From a virus: a DNA stretch of 64,000 nucleotides. The notes under the pieces were generated by a model. The model searched no databases. It saw nothing but the letters and a program-made list of their open reading frames with translations, and was not told the DNA's origin. The stretch lies in IMG/VR virus record IMGVR_UViG_3300030107_006047, positions 1 through 64,000 of that record. The stretch is one strand, 5' to 3'. Made by a program: the position numbers and the translations under genes. Shown here piece by piece: positions 9,990-18,955 of the stretch; position 1 is the first letter of the stretch, and the number at the start of each line of letters is the position of its first letter.

Positions 9990-11033
9990 ATGGCAACTAC
10001 CGCCCTTACTATTGGTAATGAACTTCTTTCGACGACGATGCACGTCCTCATGAAGGAGTGGCGCGACGGTGTACACGAATCCGTTGCGTTTCTTGAAGCG
10101 CACGACCGTGTTCACGGCGCTGGCAACCCCACCCAAGCTGGCGGAACGCGAATCGTTGTTCCTCTTGGCTTTGGTGAGCACTCCACCACAACCCGCCTTC
10201 AGACTGGTTTCGAGCGCATTGACCTGAGTGTCTCCGATGTGTTCGTGCCTGCAGTCTACAACTGGGCTCATGTTGTGCGCCCTGTTGCGATTTCTTCTGA
10301 GGAAGAGTTCATCAACCAAGGCGACGCGGCTGTGCTCTCTATCCTTGAGTCTCGCGTGAAGATGACTGCAAACGCTCTCAAGCGTGAGTTTGTCAAGCAG
10401 ATCGTAGACGGAAGCCAAACCGGCTGGGAAGACTGGGGAACCTTAAACGGTGTCGATAACACTGCCGGATACCTCGAAGAGGGTGCTGTGGGAACGGGTC
10501 AAACCAACTCTGTTGGTGGCGTTGCCAAGAACACCTACTCGGACAAGACTGGTTGGAACAACCAGATCTTTGATGGTGCTGGTTCCTTCAACGCTAACGG
10601 CCTGGCTGGTCTTTATGACCTTCTTGTCGAGATTAACGCTGTGAGCCCCAATGGGCCCCCCAACGTGATTCTTGCTTCACGCGCAGGCTTTAAGAACTTG
10701 AAGCGTGCCCTGTCTGCTCAAGAGCGATACGTCGATCAGAGCAAGCTTGACGGTGGCCGGATGGTTCAGTTGTGGGACGGCATCCAAATCGATGTCGAGT
10801 ACAACATGCCTACGGCTGGTACGACCACTGGAACTGATCCAATCAGCTTCTACTTCCTGAACCTGAACGACCTTCACGTCATGTGGGATCCGAAAGGATA
10901 CTTCGACCTGTCCGACTTTGAGACTGTGTCTGGTGAGTACGATGTCCGCGCTGCGAAGCTTCGTTGCCGTGGTCAGCTTATCGCTAAGCACCTTGGCTCT
11001 AGCGGTATGGCATTTGACCTGGAAACGTTCTAA
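9990..11033 (+). CDS. Major capsid protein
   Basis: 347 aa after the scaffold. GGTRIVVPL and AVLSILESRVKMTANALKREF resemble phage capsid motifs. Followed by a terminator. Confidence 0.9.
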   Translation: MATTALTIGNELLSTTMHVLMKEWRDGVHESVAFLEAHDRVHGAGNPTQAGGTRIVVPLGFGEHSTTTRLQTGFERIDLSVSDVFVPAVYNWAHVVRPVAISSEEEFINQGDAAVLSILESRVKMTANALKREFVKQIVDGSQTGWEDWGTLNGVDNTAGYLEEGAVGTGQTNSVGGVAKNTYSDKTGWNNQIFDGAGSFNANGLAGLYDLLVEINAVSPNGPPNVILASRAGFKNLKRALSAQERYVDQSKLDGGRMVQLWDGIQIDVEYNMPTAGTTTGTDPISFYFLNLNDLHVMWDPKGYFDLSDFETVSGEYDVRAAKLRCRGQLIAKHLGSSGMAFDLETF

Positions 11034-11042
11034 TATACCTTT

Positions 11043-11071
11043 GACAGGGGCCATTCCGGCCCCTGTCTTTT
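11043..11071 (+). terminator. Rho-independent terminator after the capsid gene
   Basis: GACAGGGGCC-attcc-GGCCCCTGTC-TTTT. Confidence 0.85.
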
Positions 11072-11110
11072 CATCGCCATAAATATCGAAAGAGCGGAGG
11101 ATATTAAAAA

Positions 11111-11650
11111 ATGGCAATTCATAAGATTGATGGTGGCCCTGGTGGCGAAACCAATCATTTTCCAAAAAAGTTCGTAACTCTCTACACTGCAGCAGGCATC
11201 GCCATTGCTAAAGGTGACTGGGTTGCGATTGATCTTGACGACTCCACAAACGGTCTTGGTGCCTCTGTTGAGCAAAGCACAGTGGCGCTTCCTCAGTTGG
11301 TGTTTGGTGTTGCTACTGAGGCGAAAGCACTCAACGACAGTGGAAACATTCGAGTCCAGGTTGCTGGATACTACGGCCATGAGGATGGCTCTTCGGCAAC
11401 TCTCGCAGCAGGCGAGGGTGCAAACGTAGAGACCAGCGTGGCTGCAGGAGACTTTATCGTTGCATCCCTCACGACTGCAGGTCGGGCTCAAGAAGTCGAT
11501 AACAATGCAATCGTTGTCGGAAACAGCCAAGCAAATATCCAGACTGCAATGCGAATTGCTCGTGTTGGTATTGCTTTGGAAGCCGCTGGAGCTAACAACT
11601 ACGGCGCAAACGAGACCGGCGTTATGATCATTGACCAGGGTTACTTCTAG
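11111..11650 (+). CDS. Capsid decoration/cement-like protein
   Basis: Follows the capsid gene. A/G-rich, with IAKGDWV, FGVATEA and VGIALEAA motifs. Confidence 0.65.
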   Translation: MAIHKIDGGPGGETNHFPKKFVTLYTAAGIAIAKGDWVAIDLDDSTNGLGASVEQSTVALPQLVFGVATEAKALNDSGNIRVQVAGYYGHEDGSSATLAAGEGANVETSVAAGDFIVASLTTAGRAQEVDNNAIVVGNSQANIQTAMRIARVGIALEAAGANNYGANETGVMIIDQGYF

Positions 11651-11691
11651 TCATAGAACTCCCACCTCGGGGTTCCCTTAGCCCCACCCTT

Positions 11692-11735
11692 CCGGCGACT
11701 GGGGCTCCCAACTCCCAGTCGCCGGTTTTGTTTTT
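11692..11735 (+). terminator. Rho-independent terminator
   Basis: CCGGCGACTGGG...CCCAGTCGCCGG-TTTTGTTTTT. Confidence 0.85.
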
Positions 11736-11745
11736 GTGAGGGCTC

Positions 11746-13059
11746 ATGAACTTTAAAGAAATCAGGGAAGAAATAAACTCTGCCCTTGACTACAACCCAG
11801 ACCTTTCGGCCTATAAAGACCAAGCCTCTCGGGTAATTAATCGAAATTACCTGCAGATTAGCAGTCAGCATCAGTGGCTTTTCTTGCAAGATCTTAGGTC
11901 GTTTCAGCTAAAAGCTACGATTAGCGGAACAACAACGAGCATCAACGTCACCATTGATGCCAGTAATCTTAGGCTTGTGACGGCTGCTTCAGGCACCCCT
12001 TTCTCTGAGGAAATGGAAGGCCAGACCTTTGTTGCCCCTGATGGGACAGAGGTCGATATCGTAAGGGTAGCAACCGCAACAACTCTTTACCTTGCGGCTG
12101 AAGTCTCGGCGGCTGCTGCAAGCGCGAGTTGGACTATTCGCTTTGATAGATATGCTCTCCCAAGTGACTGTGTCGAGGTTCTTGGGGTGATGTCTCGAGA
12201 AGATGAGCGTGGTCGCCTTAGCTTTGTAAATATGCGAAAAGAAGAGGAGCAGTTTCTCGATAAGGACGTGACGGGCGATCCCCTTGTAATGATCGAGGAG
12301 GAATCGAATGAGTTTCAACGACCCCCAGATCAAAAGCCCTCGCTTACCGTAGACAATAGCGGAAGCACAAATGCTCTTGCCGGAGATGTAACCTATCAAT
12401 ATTGCTATACGATTGTGTCTCAGGGCCTTGAGAGTGCGCCATCGTTGGTTTCTGAGGCAACGACACAAAGCAGTACATCGTACCAAACCATCACTGTTAG
12501 CAACCTGGAGGACTTGAGGTGGTCATCTGACGGATCAACCTACAGGGAGTCTGGAAAGAGGAAATACCTTTACAGGCGAGACAAGACAAACGGCACTCGG
12601 TGGGTGTTGGTTGCCAAGATTGACGCGACAACAACAAGCTACACCGATGAGACCGTCTTGCCGTCATCAACGTCTGGAACGAGCACATACGATTACGATC
12701 AGGTGGTTAACTTTTATGACTCAGGTCCTCGTCAATACGTCCGATTTTGGTGGACGGCATCTTCCGACAAGACATTTGAGATCCGATACATGCAGAGACC
12801 ACGAAGAATGTCTGCCGACTACGATGTCCCAGCGTGGCCTGTTCAATATCACCACCTCCTTGTGTACAAGTCTTTAGAGGACATTTGTCTTCAGAACGGA
12901 ATGGCTACTCACAGCCAGCTTTATTCAAGAAGGGCGGATGAGCTGCTCCTTAGAATGAAACAGAAGTATTTGAGCCGTTCAGATAGAATGTTTGTGCGAA
13001 GAGGGTTCGACAAGGATCTTCTTGAGGCTGAGCGCTGGGGTATTCCTACAAAGGTTTAG
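11746..13059 (+). CDS. Head-tail adaptor (tail tubular A-like) with inserted beta domains
   Basis: MNFKEIREEI N-terminus, YALPSDC, and VPAWPVQYHHLLVYKSL C-terminal motif. Position fits. Confidence 0.7.
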   Translation: MNFKEIREEINSALDYNPDLSAYKDQASRVINRNYLQISSQHQWLFLQDLRSFQLKATISGTTTSINVTIDASNLRLVTAASGTPFSEEMEGQTFVAPDGTEVDIVRVATATTLYLAAEVSAAAASASWTIRFDRYALPSDCVEVLGVMSREDERGRLSFVNMRKEEEQFLDKDVTGDPLVMIEEESNEFQRPPDQKPSLTVDNSGSTNALAGDVTYQYCYTIVSQGLESAPSLVSEATTQSSTSYQTITVSNLEDLRWSSDGSTYRESGKRKYLYRRDKTNGTRWVLVAKIDATTTSYTDETVLPSSTSGTSTYDYDQVVNFYDSGPRQYVRFWWTASSDKTFEIRYMQRPRRMSADYDVPAWPVQYHHLLVYKSLEDICLQNGMATHSQLYSRRADELLLRMKQKYLSRSDRMFVRRGFDKDLLEAERWGIPTKV

Positions 13060-13061
13060 TA

Positions 13062-15458
13062 ATGAAAACTGCTACATTTCAAGTCGCCAAACTTCGGGGC
13101 ATCGAACAACGATGGCACCCAGAACCGGGTACTGCCGACCGCATCAGGGACATGACATGGGACCCAAAAGACGGTTGGAAGGATTGTGGTGGATCAATTG
13201 AAATTGCTACTACTTCATCAAGCAATGAGGCAGATAACTTGGCGGGGTCTGGTTCTGCTGCTTCCTACTCTTCTTCCCAAAAGAATCCGTTTGAAAACCA
13301 AGGGGAGATCATTAGTATTCACTGGTTTGCGCAGCACAATGGCGCAAGACAGTGGCTGATGTGGGAGGATGCAGACGGGCTGCTAAAGTATTTCAACGGT
13401 TCTCTTGCGGACAGAACAGGGACACAGAACCCTTGGACGACAGTGGTAGACATCTTCGGTAATGACTTGCCTGCTCGAAAAGTCTTGTCTACCCCGTATG
13501 CAAGAACACAGTCCCAGACATGGGGCGGAAGGATTTATTTTGCTAACGGCTACGACGAGGTCATTGTATTTAATGGAAATCATGTAGAAAAAGCAGGATA
13601 CACATCAAGACCAACACCGCCCTCCGCAACGGCTCTAAATGGAATGGGCTCTGACGGTGTGCATGCTACTGTTTTTTATTCGAATGGAAACGACGTTAAC
13701 CCCAAGGAGTACCATGACCTCGAGGGCGTTGGTCTTGGTGGCCAAAACATGGACGCAGACTCGGTAAAGGGATCCATCCTTGCCAGTAACACCAATGGCG
13801 TAGATTTTGGAAAAAGAAAGTGCGGCTATCGCTATAAGGTCACTTACCTAAACAGCCGTGGAGCAGAGTCTGCACCATCAGACGCCAGCGGTCTTTGTTT
13901 TTTTGAAAACGGAGGGGCTTTTTATAGCTTGGATAAGTGGTGGACCGATACCTTTTCTAGGGTCAACGAAGACGGAAGAACCTTTGTAAGCGTAGACATT
14001 CCAAAGGGCCCGCCAGGCACTGTTGCGAGGAGGATTTACCGTACAAGAAGTCTTTATAATTCTTCGAGCGAGCTAACCTCCAGGGGGCAGGGCGATGATT
14101 TTTATTTTTTAGATGAAATCCAAGACAACTACACAACGATTTTTGAAGACGGGAAGCCTGATCAATACCTTGGTCCACTTTTATTAGAAGATGACTTTGG
14201 CCCGATTCCTTCTGGAGTCACGATGATGGCCTCATTCAAGAACACCATGTTTATGGCTGGTCATTCTGGAAGCGAAGTCGTCTATAGCGCCCCGTTGCTT
14301 CCAGAGATTTTCCCTGTGGACAATGTCTTTTTTATTGGAGACTCAGACGAGGGGCCGATTACCGGCATGTACTCTACAAAAAATGCGCTCGTTGTGTTTA
14401 AGCAAAAGGGCGTTTATTTGATAAAAGGAGACCCGCTGAACGGATTTGACGCCGTAACCCTTACCAAGGACGTTGGGTGCGCCTCTCCTAAAAGCATCGC
14501 AGAGCTTCCCGGTATTGGTCTTGTCTTTCTTTCAGAAGACGGAATCTACCTTCTCAAAGGGGCCCTGGAAAACACAGGAACTCCCACCGGCATCGTCAAT
14601 ATCGGAACACCTATTCCAGACTTACTTAAGAAGCTCAATACGTCAGCACTGCTCAATGCGTGTGGGACCATTTACCATAAAGACAAAGAGTACTGGTTGG
14701 CGGTGCCGACGCTTGGATCGGAAAAGAATGATCTTGTTCTGGTCTACCATTACGAAGTGGGAGCATGGAGCTATAGAGAGAACTTTCCAATTGGATGCAT
14801 GGTGGAGTCTAGAGACCACAGAGGGTATTTGTTTTATGGAAGCAATGCGTCTGGCGCTGAAAGCGAAACAAATCCAGGCGTTACAGCGCAGGGGGTCTAC
14901 GCCTACAGTCGTGGGGCTAAAGCTCGAGGGCACTTTTACTCAGGCCCATACGCCACATCAGATATTCGCAAGGTTCGCCCGCTTTATGAGACCTCTTCGA
15001 TTGATTTCGGCAGCGTGTACACAAGTGTCCAACCGGCTCACGTTATCGTGTATGCCGTCGCATATGGCAACAACGATCTTCAGCTTAACTACCGTGTAAA
15101 CAGGGCCGTCTCTCAGCTTAGATCTTCAGAACAAAGCTCTGACCAGCAGGACCCAAATGATCGCCAGTCTATTTATGGGGCCGTGAGTGACGCAGAACGC
15201 TCAAACACATATCCTCCATCAATACCTGCAACATGGGGGCCCAATAATGCCAACGCTGGGTATTGGGCTAATGCCAGGCCGGTTCCAATTCGGTTTGACG
15301 TAAGCGCTGCTTCTTCTGGACCAGCCCGAGAAATGCAATTCACTTTTTCTCCCTACAGCCGACAGATTCAAATCGTTGGTTATGACATTGAAGTGAAGCT
15401 CGGAGAACAGAGAAATATCAAGCCCCTTAATGAGGCGCTTGCCACATCAAGGAGATGA
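13062..15458 (+). CDS. Tail nozzle / head-stabilisation protein (tail tubular B / P22 gp10-like)
   Basis: 798 aa, beta-rich. PITGM....LVVFKQKGVY and VGCASPKSI....LVFLSEDGIY propeller-type motifs. Confidence 0.75.
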   Translation: MKTATFQVAKLRGIEQRWHPEPGTADRIRDMTWDPKDGWKDCGGSIEIATTSSSNEADNLAGSGSAASYSSSQKNPFENQGEIISIHWFAQHNGARQWLMWEDADGLLKYFNGSLADRTGTQNPWTTVVDIFGNDLPARKVLSTPYARTQSQTWGGRIYFANGYDEVIVFNGNHVEKAGYTSRPTPPSATALNGMGSDGVHATVFYSNGNDVNPKEYHDLEGVGLGGQNMDADSVKGSILASNTNGVDFGKRKCGYRYKVTYLNSRGAESAPSDASGLCFFENGGAFYSLDKWWTDTFSRVNEDGRTFVSVDIPKGPPGTVARRIYRTRSLYNSSSELTSRGQGDDFYFLDEIQDNYTTIFEDGKPDQYLGPLLLEDDFGPIPSGVTMMASFKNTMFMAGHSGSEVVYSAPLLPEIFPVDNVFFIGDSDEGPITGMYSTKNALVVFKQKGVYLIKGDPLNGFDAVTLTKDVGCASPKSIAELPGIGLVFLSEDGIYLLKGALENTGTPTGIVNIGTPIPDLLKKLNTSALLNACGTIYHKDKEYWLAVPTLGSEKNDLVLVYHYEVGAWSYRENFPIGCMVESRDHRGYLFYGSNASGAESETNPGVTAQGVYAYSRGAKARGHFYSGPYATSDIRKVRPLYETSSIDFGSVYTSVQPAHVIVYAVAYGNNDLQLNYRVNRAVSQLRSSEQSSDQQDPNDRQSIYGAVSDAERSNTYPPSIPATWGPNNANAGYWANARPVPIRFDVSAASSGPAREMQFTFSPYSRQIQIVGYDIEVKLGEQRNIKPLNEALATSRR

Positions 15459-15459
15459 C

Positions 15460-16329
15460 ATGGCTTGGAAGTATAGGCAGGAGTTCCATGAAGAGGGTGA
15501 TGCCATTATCCCAGACGATTGGATTGAAAACCAAAACGAGTTTGTGTCCGAGTTCAATGGGTTTCTGGACAGGGATAACTTTAGAGACAACGGGTTTAGT
15601 AGGCACAATGGCGTAAGCACCTCGTCTGATCAAAACGCTCTGCCGGTTGTTGCCGCGAACACATTCAATGATTTTTATGTATACGCTAAATCGACATTTA
15701 CCGTGCTTGATCCGTCTGAAGAGTCGGTACAAATGCTGGATCTTGGAGGAGACAAGGAGTCTGTTGGGTGGAGTTCCAAGGGCGTCGCGTGGAGAACATC
15801 TGCACTATCGTACCCCTATGATGACGACGCAGAGACGCCGGAATTAGACATAACCCTGTCAGACGGTGGCCTCTTTATTGTGGAGTTTTCTGCCAACTTT
15901 AAGTGGTTTGGAAGGGATGAGTATCTTCAGAAAGACGTAAACGGAAACCCAGAAGCAGCCTGGGGCGGGATTCACAATCCATCATGGGGTGATGGTTCTG
16001 AAGGACACCTTTGGGATGTTTATGTTCCAGACGATGACCCAAATGACCGGGTGGGACCGAGGCGCATGTTCGCCTGCATAAAGTTTAGAGTTGTATGCAA
16101 CGGTGGAATTATTGCTGAGTCTGGTTGGTACGCGAATCATGTCCAGCGCAACTCTGTGTATCTTGTCGGAGCGGCCCCGGTAACGGCTGGAAACGCGCAA
16201 GTTAGGGTTGAATATAAGCTTGCGTATGTTGATAATCGTATTCCGGGTGAAAGCATAGAAAGAGCCGGGGTAATTCAGCCTGTTCGTATGTTCGAGCGTG
16301 AACTCATCGTCAACCATAGGAAGCGGTAG
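15460..16329 (+). CDS. Virion (tail-associated) protein, first of three related genes
   Basis: AAGGAG SD before ATG 15460. Ends RELIVNHRKR. Confidence 0.55.
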   Translation: MAWKYRQEFHEEGDAIIPDDWIENQNEFVSEFNGFLDRDNFRDNGFSRHNGVSTSSDQNALPVVAANTFNDFYVYAKSTFTVLDPSEESVQMLDLGGDKESVGWSSKGVAWRTSALSYPYDDDAETPELDITLSDGGLFIVEFSANFKWFGRDEYLQKDVNGNPEAAWGGIHNPSWGDGSEGHLWDVYVPDDDPNDRVGPRRMFACIKFRVVCNGGIIAESGWYANHVQRNSVYLVGAAPVTAGNAQVRVEYKLAYVDNRIPGESIERAGVIQPVRMFERELIVNHRKR

Positions 16330-16330
16330 C

Positions 16331-17323
16331 ATGTCGAGAGTAAACATTAAAGACATCAACCCCGGAAACGTTCTCGATGTAGCGGATGTTGGGGACACAA
16401 TAGATTCGTGGGTTTCAGCCACAACTCCAACAGGAAACGCCGCCGTTGATGGGGGTATTGGTTCAGACAACATTCGAGACGAGGGGATTGATCGGCGCAT
16501 GTTTTTGCTTAGAGACGTTGTCACTACTGGTGGCAGCACTGAAAGCAACGCCGGAACCAATACGAGCGGGCAGACCGAAAGCAGTGGCTGGGACTATATT
16601 GTCCAGGGTGGGCGGTGTGACGGTCAATGGGGGATATACAATCCAAATACCAGCACTTCTTCTACTGATACAATCATTGGGCCCCTGACGTATAGCTCTG
16701 CGGACAATCACATGATGATTATTCGGTATTCTTTAGATATCGCAGAGGCTCCGAGCTTTACCAAAGCTATTGGCGATTATTGGGGTTCTGGGGGATACTC
16801 TAAGTCGTGGAACATGAAGACTAAGATTCAGACCCGCCTGGTCTGGATTGAGTCCTCTTCGCGCCCAACAAACAGCTCTATCTGGAACGTAATGCCAGTA
16901 ACAAGAAGGGTTATCCAGATGGGGCCGTTTGGGTTTCAGGCACCTATTGCGGAAAGCGACGACCAACTTGGTCTTCCAAACCTGGATACGTCCACATACA
17001 ACCACTGGTTGAATAGCCCTGATGATGACAACTATTCCCAGGCTGCTGGCATATTTGCCGACAAAACTCGACTGCGCGGGAACATCTGCGCAAGCCACGT
17101 TTTTGATTCTGTGAACATGATGTCGAACGCTGGAAACTTTCCCTCAAGTGGTTCCGCTGGTACACACCGTCGCACCGGCTACCACACGTCGGGCTTTACT
17201 ACCACTAACACTACGACGCTTTGGATTGGCTTGCAGGTAAGGGTTGATGGTTGGGACGATAACGATTCGGCGAAGGTCGCAATAAACAATGCAAGCCTTA
17301 TCGCTAGAACCTTTGTGAGGTAA
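16331..17323 (+). CDS. Virion (tail-associated) protein, second of three related genes
   Basis: Starts 1 nt after the previous stop. S/T/G-rich. Ends ASLIARTFVR. Confidence 0.55.
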   Translation: MSRVNIKDINPGNVLDVADVGDTIDSWVSATTPTGNAAVDGGIGSDNIRDEGIDRRMFLLRDVVTTGGSTESNAGTNTSGQTESSGWDYIVQGGRCDGQWGIYNPNTSTSSTDTIIGPLTYSSADNHMMIIRYSLDIAEAPSFTKAIGDYWGSGGYSKSWNMKTKIQTRLVWIESSSRPTNSSIWNVMPVTRRVIQMGPFGFQAPIAESDDQLGLPNLDTSTYNHWLNSPDDDNYSQAAGIFADKTRLRGNICASHVFDSVNMMSNAGNFPSSGSAGTHRRTGYHTSGFTTTNTTTLWIGLQVRVDGWDDNDSAKVAINNASLIARTFVR

Positions 17324-17326
17324 AAC

Positions 17327-18217
17327 ATGCCAATTCAACCACCAGCAAAACCTGTAGATGGAGATGAAGTTCAAATTAGCTTCTTCAATGATGTTTACAC
17401 AGAGAGCGAGGTGTACCTCAACAAGGCTATTAAGCCATTTGCAGACTTTAAGAGTACCGCTACCGGCACAAGCCCGGTTGTCAAAACGCGCCACATTTAC
17501 AAGCCTGATTTTTATGGAAGCCCTTCTACTAGGTGTGAAGCGGTAAGTAGTGAAACCTACTGGAGGCAGTTGGGCCACGGTATCGAGTACACATCGTTTC
17601 ACCATCCAACAGCTAGCACCTCAAAAACAAAAAGATCGACGAATGGCTGGGTTCCGGTGAGGAACCTTGGGGCTACGATACACATTCAAGAAAACAACAC
17701 ACCCGTGACCATCCTTTCCAGTTTCTATGCATACGAAATGGGTGGCGCTTTGGAGGGGTGGGGAGACGGTGTTACCAATTCTACAGGAAGTGGAAGCTAC
17801 AGAGCGCTTGGCACGTCACTTGACGGAAAGCTTGAAATGGAGTGGTGCGCCGAGTTCGTTCTTTTTATTGATGGAGCCCGCGTAGACTACACCGACCGAT
17901 TCTTGTACGCATCTACGGCTTGGCAGCACATGCACTCCAGAAAACAGTTTTCTATTGTGTATTCAAAGACTCTAAGCGCAGGCATTCACCACATAAACAT
18001 TATGTGCAACGTGAGGTCCTTGAAGGGAGCGCCTGGAATGGGGGCGGACGATGAAGCCAGCTCAGGGTCTATCATAGCGCCTACTGGCATAGAAAATGTT
18101 GATGGACTTCGTGGCTACAGAAACACGGCGCAATCCCAAAAAAGGTTCCCTTCCGCAGCCTGGAAACACATCATGGTTGGCGGCAGGAGTCTTATTGTAG
18201 ATGTACACGCGCTATAG
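17327..18217 (+). CDS. Virion (tail-associated) protein, third of three related genes
   Basis: GAGG SD. Ends RSLIVDVHAL. Confidence 0.55.
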   Translation: MPIQPPAKPVDGDEVQISFFNDVYTESEVYLNKAIKPFADFKSTATGTSPVVKTRHIYKPDFYGSPSTRCEAVSSETYWRQLGHGIEYTSFHHPTASTSKTKRSTNGWVPVRNLGATIHIQENNTPVTILSSFYAYEMGGALEGWGDGVTNSTGSGSYRALGTSLDGKLEMEWCAEFVLFIDGARVDYTDRFLYASTAWQHMHSRKQFSIVYSKTLSAGIHHINIMCNVRSLKGAPGMGADDEASSGSIIAPTGIENVDGLRGYRNTAQSQKRFPSAAWKHIMVGGRSLIVDVHAL

Positions 18218-18260
18218 TTAGTATAAAAGCACTCATACTTCATAGGATAAAGAGAAAAAC

Positions 18261-18542
18261 ATGGGACTTCTCAGTAAAAAACGATTGAACAACATCCGCA
18301 AATTTTGGAACAGCAACTACAGAGGACAGAGCCTTGTTCCTCAACTTTTGAACCATATCGACGCGCTCGAGAAGCAGTTGAAAGACGGTGAGATTAAGGT
18401 TCGAGTTGGAGCAATCGAGGCAACTATCGATGCTGGTCCAGACGGTAAGTTCGGAACAAAGGACGATGAAGTTAAACTCAAGCGTGCCCCCCGAAAGAAG
18501 AAGCCAGCAGCTAAGAAGAAGCCAGCAGCTAAGAAGAAGTGA
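18261..18542 (+). CDS. Small basic protein with a histone-H1-like (KKKPAA)n tail
   Basis: C-terminus RKKKPAAKKKPAAKKK is encoded by an 18-nt repeat (18495-18539). Internal DAGPDGKFGTKDD motif. Confidence 0.7.
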   Translation: MGLLSKKRLNNIRKFWNSNYRGQSLVPQLLNHIDALEKQLKDGEIKVRVGAIEATIDAGPDGKFGTKDDEVKLKRAPRKKKPAAKKKPAAKKK

Positions 18543-18545
18543 TCT

Positions 18546-18947
18546 ATGGCTAAAGAAGCGCCAGAAATAGAGAGAGGTAAAGCAACAGCCGCAGGGGCCA
18601 CTATAGGTGCGCTGGAGGGGATTGGTCCAGCAGCCTCAACGCTTGCTGCTACTACAGCGGCCCTTCCTATACCTGGAGCCCGAATCGCAGCTGGCATGGT
18701 GCTCGTTGGCGCTGCTATCAAGGGCGGGATTGAAGGTTATCAGGATGCAGAGTCAAGGCGCTTGGCGAAGATTAGAACAAGCGCGATCAAAGAAGACAAC
18801 CAAGCTCTAAAAGCAGCAAAGTCTGCGTCCGCTAAGAGGTCTGGCGGAGAACCGAAACCAATTAAGTCCTCGGACGATCAGTTGTTGATGGAGTCGATTG
18901 GCGGAAACACGGCCTATGACGCCCACCAAAAGCAAGTGTACGGGTAG
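18546..18947 (+). CDS. Putative small internal (ejection) virion protein
   Basis: A/G-rich hydrophobic N-terminal half (glycine-zipper-like). First gene of the internal-protein block. Confidence 0.55.
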   Translation: MAKEAPEIERGKATAAGATIGALEGIGPAASTLAATTAALPIPGARIAAGMVLVGAAIKGGIEGYQDAESRRLAKIRTSAIKEDNQALKAAKSASAKRSGGEPKPIKSSDDQLLMESIGGNTAYDAHQKQVYG

Positions 18948-18955
18948 GAAGAAAA

